64,000 nucleotides of DNA from Terriglobia bacterium (GCA_963758435.1 CAVWVN010000010.1:3227-67226), one strand, 5' to 3'; positions 43,909 to 55,201 are shown, counted from the stretch's first letter. The notes: generated by a model not told the origin, from the sequence alone. A program made the numbers and translations.

Positions 43909-43955
43909 CACGTAGGGGCGGGTGCCCTCACCCGCCCGGCGGAGCGAAGCTCCGC
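43909..43955. repeat. REP family B copy (reverse orientation)
   Basis: CACGTAGGGGCGGGTGCCCTCACCCGCCCGGCGGAGCGAAGCTCCGC. Confidence 0.7.
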
Positions 43956-44074
43956 AACGTCAGCCGGCGTCGGACGTCGGGATGTCAGACCTGAGACCTC
44001 AGGGTTCGGTTCGCACCTCCTAGTTCGCTCTGAAGGCGTGGTTGAAGAGCCGAGATCCGACGCCCCAACCCCCA

Positions 44075-44120
44075 GGCGAGCTTCGCTCGCCCGCCCGGAC
44101 GTGGCGTCCGGGCCTACGTG
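44075..44120. repeat. REP family B copy
   Basis: GGCGAGCTTCGCTCGCC head, CGGACGTGGCGTCCG hairpin, GCCTACGTG tail. Confidence 0.7.
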
Positions 44121-44132
44121 GTTTGTGGTGCG

Positions 44133-45041
44133 TCAGCGTTTCGCGGCAACCACGGCGTCCACGGTCTTGATCTTTACTGTGGTGTCGATGAAGGCCAGCG
44201 CGGCGCGGCTGAGGGCCTTGTCTTTGCGGAACACCAGGGCCAGGTCGCGGCGAATCGGGGCCTCTGCCATGGGAATGGCGACCAGCACTTTGGCCTGCAC
44301 GTCTTCCTGCACATTCGAGCGGGCGATGAAGCCCACCCCGACGTCGGCGGCGACGAAGCGTTTAAGCAGTTCGCTGGAATCAAGTTCCATCGCGTATTGC
44401 GGCTTAAGTTTGTTTTCGTGGAAGAGATCTTCCAGAGCATCGCGGGTATGCCCGGCCTTGGGCATGACCAGGGGGAACTTGGCAACTTCGCAGATGGGTG
44501 CGGATTTCAACTTCGCCAGAGGATGCTGCGGAGGCGCGATGACCACCAGCTCATCGCGATGAATCAGCACAACCGTCAGGCGGGGGTCGGTGACCGGCAT
44601 GGACATGAAACCGAAGTCCACCGAATTGTCGATGACCGATTCCAGGATCTTGCCGTAATCGGCGCGCGTGATGTTGACCGCCACGTCGGGATACTGCTTC
44701 TTGAACTCGGCAAAGACTTCGGGGAGGATGTGCAGGCAGGTGCCTTCATTGGCCCCCACGATGATTTCTCCCCGGGGCACGCGTTCAGTTTCGGCGATCG
44801 CGATCAGGACCGCCTTGCGGGCTTCAAGAATCTCTTCAGCATATTTCTGGAAGAGCTTGCCGGAGGCGGTGATGGAAACCTTCCCCCCGGAGCGGTCGAG
44901 CAACTTGGCGCCGACTTCCTCCTCCAGGGCCCGGATCTGTGACGAGATCGCCGGCTGGGTGCGAAAGCGTTTCTCGGCAGCCCGCGAGAAGGAGCTGTGG
45001 CGCGCCACCTGGAGAAACGTTTCTAGCTGTTCAAAGTCCAT
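44133..45041 (-). CDS. LysR family transcriptional regulator
   Basis: MDFEQLETFLQVARHSSFSRAAEKRFRTQPAISSQIRALEEEVG HTH. Divergent from glnA. Confidence 0.9.
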   Translation of the reverse strand: MDFEQLETFLQVARHSSFSRAAEKRFRTQPAISSQIRALEEEVGAKLLDRSGGKVSITASGKLFQKYAEEILEARKAVLIAIAETERVPRGEIIVGANEGTCLHILPEVFAEFKKQYPDVAVNITRADYGKILESVIDNSVDFGFMSMPVTDPRLTVVLIHRDELVVIAPPQHPLAKLKSAPICEVAKFPLVMPKAGHTRDALEDLFHENKLKPQYAMELDSSELLKRFVAADVGVGFIARSNVQEDVQAKVLVAIPMAEAPIRRDLALVFRKDKALSRAALAFIDTTVKIKTVDAVVAAKR

Positions 45042-45047
45042 AAGTTG

Positions 45048-45219
45048 GCACTTAGCAATTGGCAATCAGCAATTGGCCAACCCGCCCCAGAACCGTCGGC
45101 CGGCCGCACCCGAAGTCACAGCGAACCACCCACCAGGTTCCAGAGTAGTAAAGCCAGTAATCTGCAATTCGCAGCCGTCCCGAGGTTTAGTCAATTGCTA
45201 ATTGCCAATTGCTAAGTGC
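45048..45219. repeat. 28-bp inverted repeat (27/28) built from CAATTGG/CAATTGC units, 116-nt spacer
   Basis: GCACTTAGCAATTGGCAATCAGCAATTG (45048-45075) versus CAATTGCTAATTGCCAATTGCTAAGTGC (45192-45219). Confidence 0.85.
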
Positions 45220-45444
45220 TTTCCGCTCTGGCCGCCAACGGGCATAAGCCTTCGTTATCCCAGCCATAAAAACAATATATTTCCCCACACAGGCTGCGTC
45301 CCTTTACAGTTACGTTCGGCTTATACAATGCGAGATTGTAGCAGGCAGGTTAACTTCCCTTAAAATGCGGCACTCTAGCCGCCCGCGCCGCTGCCGCATG
45401 AGTCGCAGGCTTGCGATCAGGAGCGAATCTGAAAGGAACTGTTC

Positions 45445-46857
<1,413 letters not shown>

Positions 46858-46882
46858 GCGCAGAATGTGTGAGTCTGGTGTC

Positions 46883-46978
46883 TGTGGGTCGGACACTCCT
46901 GTCCGACGCCTTTGTCTTGGACTTTCCTCAAACCAAAGTCAAAGTCAACGGCGTCGGACAGGAGTGTCCGACCCACAC
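46883..46978. repeat. REP family A inverted pair
   Basis: TGTGGGTCGGACACTCCTGTCCGACGCCTTTG (46883-46914) and its complement (46950-46978) flank CAAAGTCAAAGTCAA. Confidence 0.85.
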
Positions 46979-46998
46979 CACTGCATCGCTCCAGTTGA

Positions 46999-47667
46999 CT
47001 ACGGGGTTGACGACGAAAGCATCGTGTTCTGACGCCCGGATCGCGCTCGCGCCTCCAGGCGCATCAGCCTTGACTGGTCGGGCGTGAAGAGCAATCCGCC
47101 CATCATCAGTTGCCGCACCTGATTCACTTCCCAACGCGGCTGCATGATCCCGTTGTCGGAGTGGCTGTTCGAGCCCAGCAGCAGATGACCGAGTTCATGG
47201 GCCATAACACAACCCAAAATGATGGGGAGCTCGAACTCGGCGTCGTCGCTCCTGGCGCGCCGCAACGCAAACTCGTAGTAGACACTAGCGAGAACGGGAT
47301 GGACGGCAAAACCAAAAACGCTGTCCTGGAACTTGTCCAGAACGGGCGCAGCAAGAATGCGTAGCCGGATGCCGTTGGCCTCAGGCGCTTTCCGGCAAGG
47401 GTCTTGGGTGTTAGTGGTGGATGGCCCAACTGAACACTCCAACCACGATGTCCGCACGCCAGCCTGCCCGAGAATTCGACCAGCTTCGCGTTCGGCCGCG
47501 GCCACAATCGTGGGCGAAGCTTGGGAGTAGTTGGCCACCAGAACCCTGATCATGGGGGGCTCGTCCTCGCCGGCGAGCGCAGTTACCGGAAGGGCCAGTC
47601 CCATGACGATCCCAACCAAGGCGGCCATGACGCCGAAATTGCCACCGGACAAAGGGCGCGTTTTCAT
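46999..47667 (-). CDS. secreted putative zinc metalloprotease (HExxH)
   Basis: AHELGHLLLG motif and an N-terminal signal/TM segment. Confidence 0.55.
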   Translation of the reverse strand: MKTRPLSGGNFGVMAALVGIVMGLALPVTALAGEDEPPMIRVLVANYSQASPTIVAAAEREAGRILGQAGVRTSWLECSVGPSTTNTQDPCRKAPEANGIRLRILAAPVLDKFQDSVFGFAVHPVLASVYYEFALRRARSDDAEFELPIILGCVMAHELGHLLLGSNSHSDNGIMQPRWEVNQVRQLMMGGLLFTPDQSRLMRLEARARSGRQNTMLSSSTP

Positions 47668-47883
47668 GTCGTCCTCCACGGCGCGAGTGGCGCGGTGAGG
47701 GGCGACAATGGGCTTCGGGTGCGGCTACCTCAATGCAGGGAAGCGCGATTGATAGTCAGAAGAAGGTCGAAAGAAAGTCAGAGGCTAACTCACTCGAACT
47801 AGTGCGGTTGGGAGGCAGGGTCAGTCAAGTCGAGTCGGCCGGTCCAACTGGTTTAACGGGCGTTCAGTGCTAGACTGGCAAAC

Positions 47884-50163
47884 TTGAGGCGTGCGTCTGT
47901 GACAGAAGTTGTCCGTTCTCCTCGTCTAGTCCGGTTTGGAACCTTCGAAGTCGACCTTCCTGCGGGGGAACTACGTAAGAGCGGCGTGAAGCTGAAACTT
48001 ACCGGCCAGCCCTTTCAGGTTCTGGCCATGCTGCTGGAGCGTCCGGGCGAAGTGGTGACCCGGGAGGAACTACAGAAGCGCCTGTGGCCTGACACTTTTG
48101 TTGATGTTGACCACAACCTGAATACCGCCATCAACAAGATTCGCGAGGTGCTGGGCGACTCGGCGGAGAGCCCGCGCTTTGTCGAGACGCTTCCGCGGCG
48201 GGGGTATAGGTTTGTCGTGCCGGTCGAAGGCGTTGCTGTTGGGAAAGTGCCGGTCGAAGTGAGCGGCGGCGAGTTGAAGCAAGCATCGAAGCGCGCTCAG
48301 ACTCTGCGTCTCGCAATTCTGTTCGGGGCATGCGTGTTCGTGGTCGGAACGGGTTTCTTTGTTTACGAGCAGCGCCAAGCCCCCACGCCGCCGAAACAGC
48401 CCACTCTTACCCGCGTCACCTTCGACGAAGGCCTGCAGATCGGTGTTTCCTGGTCGCCCGACGGTCGTTATATCGCCTACAGTTCGGATCGAGGAGGAAA
48501 GTTCGACATTTGGGTACAGCAATTGAGCGGCGGCGACCCTGTTCAGATCACGAGGGGGACCGGCTACAACTGGCAGCCAGATTGGTCGCCGGACGGCAAA
48601 TATATAGCGTATCGCTCCGAAGAGGGAGACGGCGGATTGTATATAGTGCCGGCACTGGGTGGGGCAGGATTGGAACGGAAGATCGCGTCGTTTGGTTATC
48701 ACCCTCGGTGGTCACCGGATAGTTCGAGGATTCTGTTGCAAACGATAGAGTTTGGTTTGAGTTGTCAGCTCTACGTCGTGGGCTTGGATGGAAACCCACC
48801 CCGGGCGGTTCAAGTAGACTTGACGAACCGAATTGGCACGATTTCGGCGGCATGGCATCCTGACGGAAAGAGAATTTCCGTATGGGAGATGACGCCCTCG
48901 CCAATACCGGAGTTCTGGACGGCCCCGGTTGATGGAGGTGCGGCGGTAAAGACAGAGATCGGTCCCGAAATCTTAAAGTCAGCGGAGGCGATCGCAGGGA
49001 GAGGAATCACCGCCTTTGCGAATTCGGATTCCAAATTCTCGTGGGCAAGTTCCGGAACGGCAATCTACTTTGAACGAACCTTTCGAGGTGCAAGGAATAT
49101 CTGGCGGATGAGGGTTGATCCACAAACCCTGAACGCCATCGCCATCGAGCCTTTGACCACGGGCACCGAAGTAGATTCGGAATTCTCAGCCTCTCCCGAA
49201 GGAAGCAAGATGGCCTTTACCGGCGAGTCCAGACGGGTGCAGGCCTGGATGTTTCCGTTCGACGCTCAGCGCGGGCGGGTGACCGGCAGCGGAAGCGCGG
49301 TGACATCGCCGGGAATGGAAGCCTGGGCGACGAGCATCTCTCGTGACGGTCGCAGGTTGGCATACTCAGCCAAACGATCCGGCCGATGGGAGTTGTGGGA
49401 GACGTCCCTGCCGGACGGGCGGGAGACTCCCATCGCGGCGGACGATTCCTACGTCCGACCCTCGCCACAGTGGTCGCCAGATGGGGCGCGGCTAGCCTAC
49501 TTTCGCATGAATCCTTTCACGGGAGATGGCCAGGGGGTGATCTGGTCCCAGAGCCGGGGCGAGGAACCGATCACCACGTTAAGCAACCTTGGACCGATCG
49601 TATTTGATTGGTCCAAGGACGGCGAGTGGCTGCTGGCATCGCGGGCAAGGGCAGAAGGCGGTCAATCGGAAATCTGGGAGCTGCCGACGGCGGGTAGTGC
49701 AGCTAGAGGAAAAGAGCGAAAGCTCGTCGCGTGCGACGCGAACACCAACTTGTGGCAGAGTCGATATTCGCCGGATGGCCGCTGGATTGTTTTTGAAGCA
49801 TCGGAACATAGACCGACCGGGCACAAGATGACCATCTATGTCACCCCGGCGGCTGGTGGGCCGTGGACAACAATTACGGAAGGCAAACACTGGGACGACA
49901 AGCCGCGCTGGTCGCCAGATGGCAGGATCATCTACTTCCTTTCTGAGCGCCGAGGTTTTTTCAATGTCTGGGGGATTCATTTCGATCCCGTGAAGGGGAG
50001 AACGGAGGGCGAGCCGTTCCAGGTCACATCCTTCGATAATCCGAGGTTGATGGTTGCTGAATCGATGCCGGACGTTGGTCTTTCTCTAACCCAAAACCAA
50101 CTAATCGTGACTGTATCTCAAGTGTCTGGGAGCATCTGGGTGCTGGATAATGCGGGCCCCTAA
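47884..50163 (+). CDS. CadC/OmpR-type winged-helix regulator fused to TM and TolB-like (PD40) beta-propeller
   Basis: The N-terminus is very similar by eye to that of 12022..13869 (identity not counted). The C-terminal half has repeated WSPDG blades like the kinase at 7795..10500. The start codon is uncertain (TTG at 47884 or GTG at 47899). Confidence 0.85.
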   Translation: MRRASVTEVVRSPRLVRFGTFEVDLPAGELRKSGVKLKLTGQPFQVLAMLLERPGEVVTREELQKRLWPDTFVDVDHNLNTAINKIREVLGDSAESPRFVETLPRRGYRFVVPVEGVAVGKVPVEVSGGELKQASKRAQTLRLAILFGACVFVVGTGFFVYEQRQAPTPPKQPTLTRVTFDEGLQIGVSWSPDGRYIAYSSDRGGKFDIWVQQLSGGDPVQITRGTGYNWQPDWSPDGKYIAYRSEEGDGGLYIVPALGGAGLERKIASFGYHPRWSPDSSRILLQTIEFGLSCQLYVVGLDGNPPRAVQVDLTNRIGTISAAWHPDGKRISVWEMTPSPIPEFWTAPVDGGAAVKTEIGPEILKSAEAIAGRGITAFANSDSKFSWASSGTAIYFERTFRGARNIWRMRVDPQTLNAIAIEPLTTGTEVDSEFSASPEGSKMAFTGESRRVQAWMFPFDAQRGRVTGSGSAVTSPGMEAWATSISRDGRRLAYSAKRSGRWELWETSLPDGRETPIAADDSYVRPSPQWSPDGARLAYFRMNPFTGDGQGVIWSQSRGEEPITTLSNLGPIVFDWSKDGEWLLASRARAEGGQSEIWELPTAGSAARGKERKLVACDANTNLWQSRYSPDGRWIVFEASEHRPTGHKMTIYVTPAAGGPWTTITEGKHWDDKPRWSPDGRIIYFLSERRGFFNVWGIHFDPVKGRTEGEPFQVTSFDNPRLMVAESMPDVGLSLTQNQLIVTVSQVSGSIWVLDNAGP

Positions 50164-50185
50164 TTGGAAGCTGGGATACTTCGAA

Positions 50186-50217
50186 ACAAAAAGGCCCGAC
50201 CAAAGCCGGGCCTTTTC
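50186..50217. terminator. bidirectional intrinsic terminator
   Basis: ACAAAAA-GGCCCG-ACCAAAGC-CGGGCC-TTTT between convergent genes. Confidence 0.7.
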
Positions 50218-50240
50218 ACGAGTTAACGGGCCAGAGATTG

Positions 50241-50555
50241 TTAAGCGGGGCTGCTGAAGGCAGTTCGATCGGTCCGCGCGTGCATTCTTTCCGGATCCAG
50301 GTCGCGGGCCGGCTTCACTTCCTTGACCTCTGGCAGGCCGAGGACGATGGCTCCCAGGGTGGAGTTCGACTTCTCCAGCACCATGAGCAGATATTTTTGC
50401 GCTACGGCACGATCAGAAGGATGAATGAGTTTCCACCAGCGCCGAATCGACTCCTGCACCTCAACCGTGTTCTTGTCCCCTTCGACCATGGCATCAACGA
50501 GCTTGTAGACCTTGCTCTTGACCGCTTGGTAGGAGATAGAGACCTCCTGTGGCAT
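50241..50555 (-). CDS. hypothetical protein
   Basis: 104-aa ORF with coding-like composition. No family recognised. Confidence 0.45.
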   Translation of the reverse strand: MPQEVSISYQAVKSKVYKLVDAMVEGDKNTVEVQESIRRWWKLIHPSDRAVAQKYLLMVLEKSNSTLGAIVLGLPEVKEVKPARDLDPERMHARTDRTAFSSPA

Positions 50556-50741
50556 TGTCCACCCCCGGTGTGGTGACTGGTAGCAATACGCGGGCCAAAC
50601 GTATCCCTAAGCGTTATTGGGACTTAGTCTCGCGATTGATTCTAGTTGTTGGAGGAATAGAAAGATTTGATATGAATTTCCGTAGAACACGCCTGGGGCC
50701 AAGCTCAGGAGAAATCGTTTGCTGGCGGTTGCAATCCTCGC

Positions 50742-51311
50742 CTATTTCTGGCTCAACTGCTTTTCGACCGCGGAGACCACCTCGGTCGAATCCGGAGTCA
50801 CCGCGGATTCGAAACGCTGCACCACGTTCCCGTTTCGGTCCACCAGGAATTTGGTGAAGTTCCACTTGATCTCGCCCGCGATCGACGCCCCGGTCTGCTT
50901 GGTGAGGTACTGGTAGAGCGGAGTCTGGTCATCCCCCTTAACCGACACTTTGCTATACATGGGAAAGGTCACGTTGTACTTGCGGGAACAGAAAGTCTTG
51001 ATCTCCTGGTTCGTGCCGGGTTCCTGTCCACCGAAATTGTTGGCCGGGAAGCCCACGATGACGAAGCCCTGGTCTTTGTACTTCTCATACAAAGACTCCA
51101 GCGCGCTGTATTGCGGGGTGAAGCCGCAACGGCTGGCGACGTTGACCACCAGAACCACCTTGCCCTTGAAATCCGCCAGCGGCATGGGTTTGCCATCGAT
51201 CGAAGGCAGGGTGAAGTCGTAAATATTTGCCGCGACTGCGGATCCAGCCATAACCATCACCAGTCCCAGGACAAAAGATGCGTGGACACTTCGGTTGCGC
51301 ACAGCCTTCAT
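50742..51311 (-). CDS. glutathione peroxidase (Cys-type), signal peptide
   Basis: VVNVASRCGFTPQY, FPANNFGGQEPG and WNFTKFLV motifs. The active site is a Cys codon, not TGA. Confidence 0.9.
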   Translation of the reverse strand: MKAVRNRSVHASFVLGLVMVMAGSAVAANIYDFTLPSIDGKPMPLADFKGKVVLVVNVASRCGFTPQYSALESLYEKYKDQGFVIVGFPANNFGGQEPGTNQEIKTFCSRKYNVTFPMYSKVSVKGDDQTPLYQYLTKQTGASIAGEIKWNFTKFLVDRNGNVVQRFESAVTPDSTEVVSAVEKQLSQK

Positions 51312-51452
51312 TACTGTCTCCTTGGCGCTGCTGAACGTCCGAACGGGGTTGAGACGAGAATACCGGAGGAGGCTGCCAAGCGCAAAGGTTACAATGTGGC
51401 GCCCTGATGGGCGACTTCCAGTCAGTGCGGCAAAATTTCTCGCGGAGGCTTC

Positions 51453-52034
51453 ATGAAGCAGGCGCTGCTGTGGATGTTTCTATGTCTGACGCTGTCGGGC
51501 GTACTTTCAGCCCAAACCGAGCCGGCACGACCTGCAGTCAGCCATGACAGTTCGGAGCGAATGTTTCTTCCCCGCGACACCTTCTGGGGATACGGGCAGT
51601 TTGACCTGGCGCCTCCGCATAACGAAATTGATCCCAATATCTGCCGGGCGGACGCGGGAATTTCAGGTGGCGTCAACGATCCCTGCAACGCCTTCGCGCG
51701 CTACATGATCTCGGGGTACATAGAAGCGCATCCCTTCGGCCGCGGACAGTTCCGCAGGTTCTTTCTCTTTGGAGAACCGCGCTTCCTGTTCGGCAAGAAC
51801 CTGCCGCAAACGCTCTATACCTGGTCGATGGCGGCGATCGGACTGGAAAACTCGTGGGGCGGAGGACTCTACCTGGGCAAGGGTTTCGAAATGCGCGTGA
51901 CCCAGCACTTCCTGTTTACCCGCTTTGGAGCGCGCGACCGGAATCTGGGCGGGGCGGATCTTGGGCCCAACGGGCCCTGGGGCCGCTACAACACCATCGG
52001 AGTGCGGAAATATTTCGGGACCAGGCGGTATTGA
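51453..52034 (+). CDS. secreted hypothetical protein (possible outer-membrane protein; C-terminal aromatic residue)
   Basis: Signal peptide MKQALLWMFLCLTLSGVLSAQ. Ends in ...YFGTRRY. Confidence 0.5.
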   Translation: MKQALLWMFLCLTLSGVLSAQTEPARPAVSHDSSERMFLPRDTFWGYGQFDLAPPHNEIDPNICRADAGISGGVNDPCNAFARYMISGYIEAHPFGRGQFRRFFLFGEPRFLFGKNLPQTLYTWSMAAIGLENSWGGGLYLGKGFEMRVTQHFLFTRFGARDRNLGGADLGPNGPWGRYNTIGVRKYFGTRRY

Positions 52035-52204
52035 GGGTATGCTGAAATTCCGAGCCGAGCCTCTTGCCTCCATCGAAACTGACAAATGAGCTGACCGGGA
52101 TGAGCGCCGATCCCGGGCAAAATAGCCGGGCCTTGCCCGGCCGGGCGAGTGAGGGCACCCACCCCTACGCGGGCTGCGGCTTTCGCAATCCTGACCTGGC
52201 CAAA

Positions 52205-55069
52205 GTGACCCTGGAACGGGTCAGCACGCGGCTATCGCCTGCATTGGCCGCAGCCCTGCCCGGGCTGCTGGCGGAGGCCCCTGATCCCGATGGCGCTCTC
52301 CTTTTGTTTGAGCGCTTGTGCGAGTCGGAAGAAATCGTACGCTTGCTGGAACAGCATAATTTCCTGGCGCACTATGCCATTGTGGTTTTCGGTCACAGCC
52401 GGTTTCTGGGCGAGACCCTGGTACAGAATGCCGACCTGCTGCCATCCTTTCTGCGGGAGAAGAATTTTGACCGCAGCTTTTCCCAGGAAGAATTTCACGA
52501 AAGCCTGGCGCGCTTCCGGACGCGCTCGCTGGACAGCGACGTTGCGCTGACCCTGGCGCGCTTCAAGCGGCGCGAGTATGTCCGCATCATGCTGCGCGAT
52601 GTGCTGAAGATCGCGCCCCTGGCCGAGACCACCGCGGAAATCTCGGCCCTGGCGGATGTGCTGATCGAGGAGGCCTTGCGCGAGGCGGACAGCAAACTGC
52701 AACGGCGCCACGGAACCCCGCAGCATCTCGATGCCCTGGGCCGGCGGGTGGACACGCCCTTTGCCATCCTCGCCCTGGGCAAGCTGGGAGGCAACGAGCT
52801 CAACTACAGCTCGGACGTGGACCTGATGTACATCTATGGAGACGGCGAAGAGCCGCCCCGGACGCCGGTTTCCAATCGCGAATACTTCATCCGGCTGGCC
52901 CAGCATACGACCGACATCCTGTCTCGGATCACCGGGGAGGGGCCGGTATTCCGCATCGACTTGCGCTTGCGCCCGCAGGGCGGGGAAGGCGAGTTGGCCA
53001 TCCGTTTGTCGCAGGCGCTGACTTACTACGCCGAAACCGCGCACGACTGGGAGCGCCAGGCGCTGATCAAAGTCCGGCACGCGGCTGGAGACACCGGCCT
53101 GGCCCGCGACTTTATTCGGGCGGTGCAGCCGCACGTTTACACCGAGCAAGTGAATTTTGCCGCCATCAAGACCGCGTTGGTGGCGCGCGAGAAGATGCAG
53201 AAACGGCGCCAGTTGGGAAAGACGCTGGGGCAGCCGGAACCGACTATCGATGTGAAGGTCGATCGCGGGGGCATCCGCGATATTGAGTTTCTGGTGCAGT
53301 GCCTGCAGCGGGTGTACGGCGGTGCCGAACCCTGGTTGCGCTCGGGCGGAACTCTGTTCTCGCTGCACAAACTGCATGACAAGGGCCACATCACCGGCAA
53401 GGAATTTCATGACCTCACCAGCGCCTACGAATTCCTGCGGCACCTGGAACACAGGCTGCAACTGCGCGAGGGACAACAGATCCACCGTTTACCGGCGTCG
53501 GAGGCCGATCTCAGGGTGCTACAGCGCGCCATGGAAGGTTATTCGCCGGGGGAGCACAGGTCGGGCGACCTGGGTTCCCTGGTGCAACGGCGGATGGCAA
53601 CGGTGGCCGAAATTTACCAGCGCATTATCTACCAGCAGCAGACCCGCGGCCGGCAACAGTTGCCTGGCGCGGAATTTAAATTACTGAGCACCTTCGAACC
53701 GATGACGGCGGACCCCTCCAGCCAGCAGATACTCGAGCGGCTGGCGGCGGACGCGCCCGCCCTCTATGAAAATGTTGGCCGCGGCGATTTGAACCCGCAG
53801 GCACGGAAGAATCTTTACCGGTTTCTGGGTTCGGCATTCAGCAGTTCGCAACGTTACTCGACCGTGCTGCAACACCAGGAAGGAATGCGTCGCGCGCTGG
53901 TCCTGTTTGAAACCAGCGACTATCTGACGGAGATCCTCATTCGCCATCCTGAGGAAATTGTCACACTGGCGGAGTTGGAGGAAGTCCCGCACGCCGGCGG
54001 AAGGTATTTGTTCGAACGGTCTCTCGGGCTCACCGAAACTGCCCGCGATCCGGTGTTTGCATACTTGGCCGATTCACCGGCCCCCTACGCGGAAAAGCTG
54101 GCCATGTTGCGGCAGCACTTCAGACACCGCGCGTTCGTAGTCGGGGCCCGAGATGTTATCGAGTTGCGCGATGTGTACGAATCGTTCGAAGCCACCACGG
54201 CGGCCGCGGAAGACGTGATGGCAACCGCGATTCGCCTGGCCGGCGCGGAGGGGTTGGCCGTAATGGCCGTGGGCCGGCTGGGAAGCGGAGAATTCGATTT
54301 GTTGTCGGATGCCGATGTCCTGTTTGTCTGTGGGGAAGGCAGCGACCGCATTGCCCTGACCAAATCTGCGGAACAGATGATGCATGCGCTCGCCGCCTAC
54401 ACCCGGGACGGAACCGTGTTTCCGGTGGACGCGCGCTTGCGTCCGCGGGGCGGCGAAGGCGAACTGCTTTCCACTCCGGCCCAGCTGGCAGCCTATTTCG
54501 AACACGAGGCCCAGGCCTGGGAAGCGCTGATGTACACCAAGCTGCGCTTTCTCGCCGGATCTCAAACCCAGGGCGAACATGCGCTGGCGATGCTGAAGAT
54601 ATTGTTCGCAAGATTTGCCGCCGATCCCGGGTTTGCCGAATCTGTACGAGAAATGCGGGCGAAACTGGAAATCGCAGAAGGCCCTGGCAAGAGCTTCAAG
54701 TCCTCGCCGGGGGCGATCTATGACATCGACTTCATGACCAGCTTTCTGCTGGTGAAGCACGGCGTGGCCGACAAGCAGGGAAGCTTGCGTGACCGTCTGT
54801 GGCGCTGCGCTACCTCTGGAGTGCTGGACAAAAACGACGCGGGAGTGCTCGACCATGCCGCGGAATTGCTGCGCACAGTGGAACACGTGGCTCGGCTGGT
54901 CGTCGGACGGGCCGGGAAGTGGCTGCCCGCGACCGAACACGGCCGGAAAATCACCGAGAAGCTGACGGCTCAGATTCTGGAACGCGAATTTCCCGACGGC
55001 CTGGAGAGCGAGTTGGAGCACACACTCCACAAGGTACGCACGATCTACGAGCGGGTGTTTGCGGAGTAG
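52205..55069 (+). CDS. glnE: bifunctional glutamine synthetase adenylyltransferase/adenylyl-removing enzyme
   Basis: Two nucleotidyltransferase halves (GKLGGNELNYSSDVDL and GRLGSGEFDLLSDADV). The GTG at 52205 is preferred because the ORF 5' extension (from 52064) translates a REP-B copy at 52126-52172. Confidence 0.85.
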   Translation: MTLERVSTRLSPALAAALPGLLAEAPDPDGALLLFERLCESEEIVRLLEQHNFLAHYAIVVFGHSRFLGETLVQNADLLPSFLREKNFDRSFSQEEFHESLARFRTRSLDSDVALTLARFKRREYVRIMLRDVLKIAPLAETTAEISALADVLIEEALREADSKLQRRHGTPQHLDALGRRVDTPFAILALGKLGGNELNYSSDVDLMYIYGDGEEPPRTPVSNREYFIRLAQHTTDILSRITGEGPVFRIDLRLRPQGGEGELAIRLSQALTYYAETAHDWERQALIKVRHAAGDTGLARDFIRAVQPHVYTEQVNFAAIKTALVAREKMQKRRQLGKTLGQPEPTIDVKVDRGGIRDIEFLVQCLQRVYGGAEPWLRSGGTLFSLHKLHDKGHITGKEFHDLTSAYEFLRHLEHRLQLREGQQIHRLPASEADLRVLQRAMEGYSPGEHRSGDLGSLVQRRMATVAEIYQRIIYQQQTRGRQQLPGAEFKLLSTFEPMTADPSSQQILERLAADAPALYENVGRGDLNPQARKNLYRFLGSAFSSSQRYSTVLQHQEGMRRALVLFETSDYLTEILIRHPEEIVTLAELEEVPHAGGRYLFERSLGLTETARDPVFAYLADSPAPYAEKLAMLRQHFRHRAFVVGARDVIELRDVYESFEATTAAAEDVMATAIRLAGAEGLAVMAVGRLGSGEFDLLSDADVLFVCGEGSDRIALTKSAEQMMHALAAYTRDGTVFPVDARLRPRGGEGELLSTPAQLAAYFEHEAQAWEALMYTKLRFLAGSQTQGEHALAMLKILFARFAADPGFAESVREMRAKLEIAEGPGKSFKSSPGAIYDIDFMTSFLLVKHGVADKQGSLRDRLWRCATSGVLDKNDAGVLDHAAELLRTVEHVARLVVGRAGKWLPATEHGRKITEKLTAQILEREFPDGLESELEHTLHKVRTIYERVFAE

Positions 55070-55201
55070 ACAGTATTGTGTGGCGCGGGCGCCCTCGCCC
55101 GCGACCGGCGGCCGCGCGGCATACTGGGGTCGAGCGCTCGGAACGATTTCGTATTCTTCCAACTGAGAACGCGGTCGAGGCGCCCGCGCCACTCGGACCC
55201 G

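Noticed and set aside
45365-45399. A sigma-54-type -24/-12 element upstream of glnA (GGCAC-N7-GC at 45369-45382).
   Set aside because: Only GGCAC and GC match (CCGC instead of TTGC). The motif is part of an 8-bp-stem hairpin (ATGCGGCA...TGCCGCAT). This is too weak to call without mapping or an NtrC-site search.
50742-51311. Possible selenocysteine-type glutathione peroxidase.
   Set aside because: The active-site position is an ordinary Cys codon (…ASRCGFT…). There is no in-frame TGA and no SECIS-like hairpin.
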